Positions 58,048-64,000 of a DNA stretch of 64,000 nucleotides are shown here, piece by piece. How positions within the stretch are numbered: position 1 is the stretch's first letter; every line of letters begins with the position of its first letter. The translations under genes and the position numbers were made by a program. The notes under the pieces are model-generated. The model was not told the origin of the DNA, searched no databases, and saw nothing but the letters and a program-made list of their open reading frames with translations. This stretch comes from a virus (lineage: Duplodnaviria > Caudoviricetes): the IMG/VR virus record IMGVR_UViG_3300031669_005479, positions 64,001-128,000 of that record; one strand, given 5' to 3'.

Positions 58048-58440
58048 ATGCCAAGACCACAGAGACGAAAATTAGAATTTAATGAAGATAGTGTTAATAA
58101 ACTGCTTCAAGAAATTTATGATGATACCCATAACATAAGAGCAAAAATTACTAGGCTATTTACTAAGTGGGAAACTAAAGTAAAAGAAAATGGTGAAGTT
58201 GCTGCAATTGGTGACCAAATTGTTAAACTTATTGCTGCGGAAGCAAAAAATCAAGATCAAAAAATCATGTTGCTCCGTTATTTAAAAGAAGTTGTGTTTG
58301 ATAATAAAATTGGTATTACCAGCAGTGCAAATGATAAAAAAACTGATGAGAAAAGTAATGTAACCACTGATAGAAGAAATGAGTTACTCAATTTTGTTGC
58401 AGATGAAATTGAGAAAAAGGAAAGAGAAAAGGGTAGATAA
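58048..58440 (+). CDS. Hypothetical helical protein
   Basis: 130 aa ORF. Confidence 0.7.
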   Translation: MPRPQRRKLEFNEDSVNKLLQEIYDDTHNIRAKITRLFTKWETKVKENGEVAAIGDQIVKLIAAEAKNQDQKIMLLRYLKEVVFDNKIGITSSANDKKTDEKSNVTTDRRNELLNFVADEIEKKEREKGR

Positions 58441-59819
58441 TGAGTAGAGCAAGCGATAAATCTGCAACATTCAGTAAAATTCGTGCAATGAATTCTGCTA
58501 ACATGCAAGGTAAAATGCCTAAGCAGTTAAATTCATTGCCATCAATCAATAATAAAACCGAGCCAATACCATATTTGCTCGATATGTTAAAGGTTGTTGC
58601 AGGTTCAGAAGCATTGAAAATGTTGGTTGGTGGCCTTCTAACTAAAGTTGTTGGAAGTGCAGAGCCAAAAGTAAAGTCTGTAATTAAAAAACAATTTACT
58701 CAATCAAATTCAAGCAATTCATTACCAGCATCATTTAAAACAAACGGTGTTAACATACCCATGAAAACACTTGATCCACAAAAAAAATTGCAAGTTAGTC
58801 CCACATCAACAAATACTGGTGGTAAAATATTGTATGGTTCGCCAAGCAATAATAACTTTGATTATCGGGTTCGTGATTCGTTGAGACTTTCTGGACAACC
58901 AGTTCAAACAAATAATATGCAAATTATGCATAATGCAGGAATTGATAGTCTTAATATAAAACCTGCTATAAGTAGTTCAAGTTTAAATGTTGGTACATAT
59001 TTTAGTCAATTTGTTGATAATAGCCAACTTATAAATACAAATGAAATTGTTGGTAGTACAATGGATAGAATTTTTGGCACAATGTCCAAAAGTCAAAATA
59101 AATCTGCCGAACAAATATTGGATGAGTTACAAACAGAAAAGATGTTAGAACAGGTAATTAATGGTGATGATTCATTTGTAATTTCACCTGAAGATAATGC
59201 TGCATTACAGAAGCAAGCGTTAGAAACTGCACAAGGTGTATTAAATTATGATATGGGTTGTGGAATAATGCCATCTTCACTATCAATGAATGCGCTCAAT
59301 ACAATGATAAATACCATATCTGGGTCAACTGATCCCAATGCTGTTTCAAATGCAATTGAGGATGCGCTAGATGCAAGTCTTTCAGGAAATACTGATGTTT
59401 CTGCAGAAAATAAACAAACAATAAAAGATGGTTTTTTCACTAAGTTGATTAATACCCTTACTGTTAAACTATTGGCAGCAGTAACGACAGCACCACAAAT
59501 ACGTGCATTGATGGGAATTATGAGTAGTATTCAAAATAATGGATTGATGCTTCTTACTAGCGTAAAGGATGATATTAAAAAATGGAAAATCTACATAAAA
59601 TGCCTAGCAAAAGAAATTTTAACAATGGTTGCTGAATTTATATTTGCATTGGTTGTTGCATATTTAATTAAGTTGATAAAACCAATTGTAGTAAAAATTG
59701 TAAAAGAAAAGGTTAATCAATTTGTTAGAATAATAAAAAGTTTAGTTTCAGCAAAAGCCGCAGCACTTTCTAGTGCTGTTGCAGGAAGTGCCGATACTTC
59801 AGCAGGACCACCAACATAA
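58440..59819 (+). CDS. Hypothetical late protein with a hydrophobic C-terminal helix
   Basis: 459 aa; AEFIFALVVAYLIKLIKP segment. Confidence 0.65.
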   Translation: MSRASDKSATFSKIRAMNSANMQGKMPKQLNSLPSINNKTEPIPYLLDMLKVVAGSEALKMLVGGLLTKVVGSAEPKVKSVIKKQFTQSNSSNSLPASFKTNGVNIPMKTLDPQKKLQVSPTSTNTGGKILYGSPSNNNFDYRVRDSLRLSGQPVQTNNMQIMHNAGIDSLNIKPAISSSSLNVGTYFSQFVDNSQLINTNEIVGSTMDRIFGTMSKSQNKSAEQILDELQTEKMLEQVINGDDSFVISPEDNAALQKQALETAQGVLNYDMGCGIMPSSLSMNALNTMINTISGSTDPNAVSNAIEDALDASLSGNTDVSAENKQTIKDGFFTKLINTLTVKLLAAVTTAPQIRALMGIMSSIQNNGLMLLTSVKDDIKKWKIYIKCLAKEILTMVAEFIFALVVAYLIKLIKPIVVKIVKEKVNQFVRIIKSLVSAKAAALSSAVAGSADTSAGPPT

Positions 59820-59843
59820 ACATAGAATTTAATACTTAATTAT

Positions 59844-60020
59844 ATGATAGTAGACCAAAAATTAAACAAACAATTTGTCGGAGTTTATCTTATCGATGGT
59901 GAGATAGATGGCACACAACTTGCAACGACAATAAAACCAAATTTGTTTAGAAGATTAATGACAAGTTGGTTTTTGGGTTGGAAATGGATTAGCATTAAAC
60001 AGTTAAAAACCAAGAAATAG
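59844..60020 (+). CDS. Small hypothetical protein (58 aa; not in the track)
   Basis: MIVDQKLNKQFVGVYLIDG...WFLGWKWISIKQLKTKK fills the gap between operon genes. Confidence 0.65.
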   Translation: MIVDQKLNKQFVGVYLIDGEIDGTQLATTIKPNLFRRLMTSWFLGWKWISIKQLKTKK

Positions 60021-60022
60021 AA

Positions 60023-60430
60023 ATGGCAATTGATTTTACTAGTATTGATTCAATTATTGGTGGGTTTGATAAAGTATTGAGTCTATCGACTGTTGGTGGT
60101 CCACCACCTGTGCCCACACCATTAATACTAATTGGTGTTCCACAACGTGCTGGATTATCACCAACAAAAATCGCAACCAACATTATCGCCAGAAAAAGCG
60201 AAGCTGGGTTGCCAGTAGGTGTTTTACCTAATGGTAATACAAATCCTGATGAAATTATGGAACGAATTAGAATTGAAGAAATTGTTAAAGCACTTCAGGA
60301 AGATGCAATTATTAGCGTGGGCGTACCACCAGGTATAACACTTACGGCAGCAGGTATTTCACCATCTGGTCCAGTTTCAGTTTTTGGTTCAACGATAACA
60401 TTTATTAAGGGATATGGAGTAATACAATAA
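60023..60430 (+). CDS. Pro/Gly-rich putative baseplate/spike-associated protein
   Basis: 135 aa, near the gp5-like gene. Confidence 0.5.
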   Translation: MAIDFTSIDSIIGGFDKVLSLSTVGGPPPVPTPLILIGVPQRAGLSPTKIATNIIARKSEAGLPVGVLPNGNTNPDEIMERIRIEEIVKALQEDAIISVGVPPGITLTAAGISPSGPVSVFGSTITFIKGYGVIQ

Positions 60431-60636
60431 TGGAAAATTTGAGTGGATATACTTCAACGCAGTTACTTAAAATTGGAAATGATATTAAGAAACAATATGA
60501 TGAATTAAAAGTTGACATTGTTAACGAAACGTATTTGCTTCAGGAAGTTGAAAATAGATTAAATGAAAAACTTTCTAAGTTTGAACTGCTCGAAAAACAT
60601 TATACAACAGTTATTAATGAAATTAATAAAAGATAG
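60430..60636 (+). CDS. Small coiled-coil protein
   Basis: 68 aa heptad pattern. Confidence 0.6.
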   Translation: MENLSGYTSTQLLKIGNDIKKQYDELKVDIVNETYLLQEVENRLNEKLSKFELLEKHYTTVINEINKR

Positions 60637-60638
60637 TT

Positions 60639-61541
60639 ATGTATAATAAACCATATCTACAAAGAAGTAGGCCAAATGAACAGGTACAATCTACGATTAA
60701 TGTAAATAGAACAATATATTATGGCAGGGTTGTTAGTATTGATGACAATACTGATGGTGGTGCTATTAAGGTATTTATACCAGATTTGGATAATTTTACA
60801 TCCGATTCTGATTTGCCTTGGTGTTATCCATTACTGCCAAAATTTTTTCATATATATCCTCAAATTAATGAAGTTGTGCGTATTTTACTTGAAGACAATA
60901 AATTTCCACAAAGAAGTAGGTATTGGTTAGGTAGTGTTATATCACAACCGCATAAAATTGGTTTTGATTCATGTAAAACTGCGTTATCTACAACTAATTA
61001 TGGTGCTGTTCAGCCAGATAGAGCACCCAGCACATATCCAGATGCACAAGGTGTATATCCACTAAAAACAGATGTGGCACTTGTTGGTAAAGTTAATACT
61101 GACATTATTTTGAGAGATAGTGAGGTTCATATTCGAGCAGGTAAGCATGAAAATGGTAGTGTTTTAAAATTAAATACCACAAATCCTGCAGATATTAGCA
61201 TGACATACGAAATAAAACCAAGCATTTCTGACACTAAAACAGTAACATACTATAGTAATACCGTTATTATGAGTGATAAAATTGCCATAATTTCCCATAC
61301 TGGTGATCCCCAATATAGGGCAGCAAGAGTAACTGCTGCAGATAGAACCGATATGTTTAATACTGGACATCCTATGGTGCGTGGCGATGTGCTTATTGAA
61401 GCACTAAATGTAATTAAGGACGCACTAATAAATCATATTCACGGATATTCGGCAATATCTGCAGAAAAAACAGAAGTAATTACAAAATTAGAAAAACTTG
61501 AGTTGGAATTAATGTTACAACCAAATATTGTAATTAATTAA
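60639..61541 (+). CDS. Baseplate central spike/hub protein (gp5/gpV OB-fold)
   Basis: YYGRVVSIDD...IKVFIPDLD...LPWCYPL...P..NE.V.I...RYWLG. Confidence 0.8.
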   Translation: MYNKPYLQRSRPNEQVQSTINVNRTIYYGRVVSIDDNTDGGAIKVFIPDLDNFTSDSDLPWCYPLLPKFFHIYPQINEVVRILLEDNKFPQRSRYWLGSVISQPHKIGFDSCKTALSTTNYGAVQPDRAPSTYPDAQGVYPLKTDVALVGKVNTDIILRDSEVHIRAGKHENGSVLKLNTTNPADISMTYEIKPSISDTKTVTYYSNTVIMSDKIAIISHTGDPQYRAARVTAADRTDMFNTGHPMVRGDVLIEALNVIKDALINHIHGYSAISAEKTEVITKLEKLELELMLQPNIVIN

Positions 61542-61557
61542 TTTTTTTGTAGATTTG
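61528..61557 (+). promoter_or_regulatory. Bacteroidota-type promoter of the exonuclease
   Basis: TTG-N19-TAGATTTG, 3 nt before ATG 61561. Confidence 0.55.
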
Positions 61558-62355
61558 TCCATGATTGATCTTCAAATACCGAATGAACTATATACATCAT
61601 TTAATGATGTTACGTATTATGATGAACCGCATAAGTATTACCTTAATGGAAATGAATTAATTTCAGTAACAACTATTATTCATAGGTATCAAGAAGAATT
61701 TGATGTAGAATTTTGGTCTTATAGTAAGGGAATTGAGTTTAATCTAAGCCCAGAAATTATTAAGAGGGCATGGAATTTCATAAATAAAAAGGGAACAATT
61801 AAGGGTTCTGCAATACATAATTATAGTGAAAACTTATTTCAAAATAAAATATTCGAATATCCAAAACAATTGATATTAAATGAATTTGGTTTTGATCCAA
61901 TATTACCTGAATTTAATATTACAAAAAAACACGTAGATAAATTTTATTCTGATGTTCATGGTAAGTTAATACCAATTAGAACTGAAATGATTATATATGA
62001 CCGTGAGTCATTTATTGGAGGGATGGTCGATATGTTGTTTTATAATGTAAAATGGAAGTGTTTTCAGATTTTCGATTGGAAAACTAATAAAAAATTTACT
62101 ACTGAAAATAAGTCAAAATATTTATTAAATGATTTATTTGTGCTGGAAGATACCGATTTAACTATATACTCATTACAACTTAGTTTATATAAATATATTA
62201 TAGAAAAAAATACTGGAATTAAACTTGGAAAATCATATGTTGTTTGGTTTTCACACAATAATTCGTCATATAAAATTATTGAAACCATAGATATGACATA
62301 TTACATAAAAAAAATTATTGAGAATAGGATATCTGAATTATCTATACGTAGTTAA
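61555..62355 (+). CDS. PD-(D/E)XK exonuclease (RecB/Cas4-like phage family)
   Basis: ISVTTII, KGSAIH, GGMVDMLF...FDWKT, YSLQLSLY. Confidence 0.85.
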   Translation: MSMIDLQIPNELYTSFNDVTYYDEPHKYYLNGNELISVTTIIHRYQEEFDVEFWSYSKGIEFNLSPEIIKRAWNFINKKGTIKGSAIHNYSENLFQNKIFEYPKQLILNEFGFDPILPEFNITKKHVDKFYSDVHGKLIPIRTEMIIYDRESFIGGMVDMLFYNVKWKCFQIFDWKTNKKFTTENKSKYLLNDLFVLEDTDLTIYSLQLSLYKYIIEKNTGIKLGKSYVVWFSHNNSSYKIIETIDMTYYIKKIIENRISELSIRS

Positions 62356-62356
62356 T

Positions 62357-62387
62357 AAAAAAGCCACCTAAAATGAGTGGCTTTTTT
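62357..62387. terminator. Bidirectional intrinsic terminator
   Basis: AAAAAAGCCAC-N9-GTGGCTTTTTT between convergent genes. Confidence 0.85.
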
Positions 62388-62405
62388 AATAAAATCGTAT
62401 AACTT

Positions 62406-62897
62406 TTACAAGTTAAGTATACATTTGTAAGGTTGTAGTTCAAGTGTAATATTAGTTAATTCATCTGAGCCATAATCGTTTTCACCGAAATCAATGCTAA
62501 CAATTTGACATTTTTCTAGTGTCCATTTTTCGATTTCAACACCTGTTGGGTCTAATGAAGTCAAAATAATGTTTTTTTGATATCCTGCTGCATAACCCAT
62601 ACGACCAGTAAGCGATTCTGCACCCAAACGAACCCATTCCATTAAAATTTGTGATGTTGATGGACCTATTGGGTCAAGAAATGTAACTGACACGGTATCC
62701 CACGTATATCTACCCATAACGTATGTTTGTTCATTCATGTATGGAATAGCAACGCTATTTATTTTCATTGATGGTCTTTTAAATTTTTGAACTGCCCACA
62801 CTTCAACACCTATTGTACTATCAAATTTTGCGAAAAATCGATTTACACGTTTTGGTTCATATTCGAAGGGCATACCCCTCATCATTTCTCCTGCCAT
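62406..62897 (-). CDS. Tail tube protein (T4 gp19-like)
   Basis: EPKRVNRF, KRPS, GR.TW..V.VTF.DPI.PS..Q..MEW, DYGSDEL..I.L.L. Confidence 0.9.
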   Translation of the reverse strand: MAGEMMRGMPFEYEPKRVNRFFAKFDSTIGVEVWAVQKFKRPSMKINSVAIPYMNEQTYVMGRYTWDTVSVTFLDPIGPSTSQILMEWVRLGAESLTGRMGYAAGYQKNIILTSLDPTGVEIEKWTLEKCQIVSIDFGENDYGSDELTNITLELQPYKCILNL

Positions 62898-62944
62898 TTT
62901 ATTTTATTGTTTAATTTTGTTTAACTTATTTTTATGCGTTTTTT

Positions 62945-62952
62945 ATAAATAC
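62945..62952 (-). promoter_or_regulatory. GTATTTAT putative late promoter
   Basis: 47 nt upstream of the tail tube ATG. Confidence 0.65.
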
Positions 62953-62978
62953 TTGTGTATTTCAAAACAAATTATAAA

Positions 62979-63329
62979 TTATTCTGGTAATTTACCTGTT
63001 CTTTGATATGACCTAAATTCTTCGGTGGTTAAACTTTCAATGCTTCTTTTAGGCTTTAATTGTATCTGAGATTCGTTAATGATTTTATTATTGTCATCAA
63101 TATTGTTAACGAATTTCTGTTCATCAATGATTACTTCGCTATCGTTGATTTCATGATTATCTACAATTTTTTCTTCATCAATAGTTTTTTCTTCATTAAT
63201 AACTTCTTGTTCATCAAAAGAATTAACTTCAATTGGAATTTTAATGTGAACTGCTTCTGGTTGTGTTTCTATAATAACGTTATCTACTGATTCGTTAATA
63301 CCTTCTTCATTTTTTTTATCTTTTGCCAT
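62979..63329 (-). CDS. Acidic low-complexity hypothetical protein
   Basis: I[ND][ED] repeats; C-terminal FRSYQRTGKLP. Confidence 0.65.
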   Translation of the reverse strand: MAKDKKNEEGINESVDNVIIETQPEAVHIKIPIEVNSFDEQEVINEEKTIDEEKIVDNHEINDSEVIIDEQKFVNNIDDNNKIINESQIQLKPKRSIESLTTEEFRSYQRTGKLPE

Positions 63330-63360
63330 TTTATGATATTTTAATGTTTTATTATTTATG

Positions 63361-63368
63361 ATAAATAC
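63361..63368 (-). promoter_or_regulatory. GTATTTAT putative late promoter
   Basis: 31 nt upstream of ATG 63329. Confidence 0.65.
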
Positions 63369-63377
63369 TGTTAAATT

Positions 63378-63418
63378 AATAATGAAAATGAGAGGAATTT
63401 CCCCTCATTTTCATTATT
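63378..63418. terminator. 15-bp hairpin after the tail sheath gene
   Basis: AATAATGAAAATGAG/CTCATTTTCATTATT. Confidence 0.7.
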
Positions 63419-63423
63419 TGGAA

Positions 63424-64000
63424 TTATGCCCCAACATCAGCAAATGATGCTCCTGATGGTGTGATTGTAAATGTAATACCAATATACTCTAAAGAACGTG
63501 TTGGTTTTAAGAAAATTTCGCCATATAATTCATTTCTATCACGGCTTTCGGGTGTGTTATTAGTATCATCCATCGTGATCCTGAAATCAGTTAAACCTCT
63601 TTCTCTCTTAATTGCTTCAAGAATTGGATTTGCCTGTGCTAAGAACTGGTCAACTGTTGCTTGGTCATTTTGCTCAAACAACAATCTGACTGCGATGTTT
63701 GAAATAAGAACCTTGATTTGAAGCAATAGTCTTCGAACATTAATTCTGTCAAGTGCTGTTTCGGCAACCTGTAATGTTTTTTGACCAAAAATTGCAGTTC
63801 CTACATCAGTGAAGAATGCCATTGGGTTAATTTTTGCTTTATATAAAATATCTCTTGCATCAAGCGACATGTTATACTTAGGTTTAATTGCGTTTGTTAC
63901 ACCACGATTAAGACCTGCAGGTGCGAACCAAGGATATGCAATATTATCTGTAAATGCCATTGCCCTAACAACTTCAGATGTTGGTGAGATATATACATTA
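63424..64000 (-). CDS. Tail sheath protein C-terminus (T4 gp18-like; 5' part beyond the right edge)
   Basis: PWFAPAGLNRG, LY.AKINP, FGQKTLQ...ALDRINVRRLL, LLFEQND, KPTRSLEYI; frame open to 64000. Confidence 0.93.
   Translation of the reverse strand, partial: NVYISPTSEVVRAMAFTDNIAYPWFAPAGLNRGVTNAIKPKYNMSLDARDILYKAKINPMAFFTDVGTAIFGQKTLQVAETALDRINVRRLLLQIKVLISNIAVRLLFEQNDQATVDQFLAQANPILEAIKRERGLTDFRITMDDTNNTPESRDRNELYGEIFLKPTRSLEYIGITFTITPSGASFADVGA

Noticed and set aside
61555-62355. Cas4-like nuclease as part of a CRISPR or defence system
   Set aside because: No array or other cas genes; standalone PD-(D/E)XK exonucleases are common in phages.
680-63721. Many short opposite-strand or alternate-frame ORFs in the track (e.g. 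680..913, 13612..14034, 48695..49510, 12491..13183)
   Set aside because: They are shadows of long, motif-bearing genes, with no promoter or protein-like composition.
1-64000. Stop-codon reassignment (TAG or TGA), as in some gut phages
   Set aside because: Long genes are intact in code 11 and TAG is used as a true stop at gene ends (6341, 14321, 31358, 51156); the apparent 1-3.3 kb gap is only PolB running off the edge.
44337-64000. Contractile injection system, tailocin or T6SS locus
   Set aside because: Tail genes are interleaved with a full phage replication module, tRNA, PhoH and a phage sigma factor.

Overview
A 64 kb, very AT-rich segment of a large T4-superfamily (contractile-tailed) phage genome in the standard genetic code; the host is probably a Bacteroidota bacterium (TTG-N19-21-TAnnTTTG promoters, a BACON domain, no obvious Shine-Dalgarno sites). 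It holds: (i) replication and recombination genes (family B DNA polymerase running off the left edge, SNF2 helicase, DnaB-like helicase with an intein, 5'-3' exonuclease, RecA/UvsX, gp32-like SSB); (ii) an 18 kb array of modular, unusually Cys-rich fibre/decoration proteins (6.3-24.7 kb); (iii) an atypical tRNA(CAU) hidden under a spurious ORF; (iv) a free-standing repeat-containing endonuclease; (v) putative head-internal proteins sharing an N-terminal leader; (vi) six glycosyltransferase genes plus a sugar O-acyltransferase and a methyltransferase, placed among late structural genes; (vii) baseplate, tape measure, tail chaperone with a -1 frameshift site, tail tube and sheath; (viii) PhoH with a second intein and a gp55-like sigma factor. 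A GTATTTAT motif precedes 15 gene starts or units and is the probable late promoter. The best candidate for an undescribed system is late-expressed virion glycosylation acting on the Ser/Thr/Cys-rich fibre array. All annotations come from reading motifs by eye; no database searches were run.
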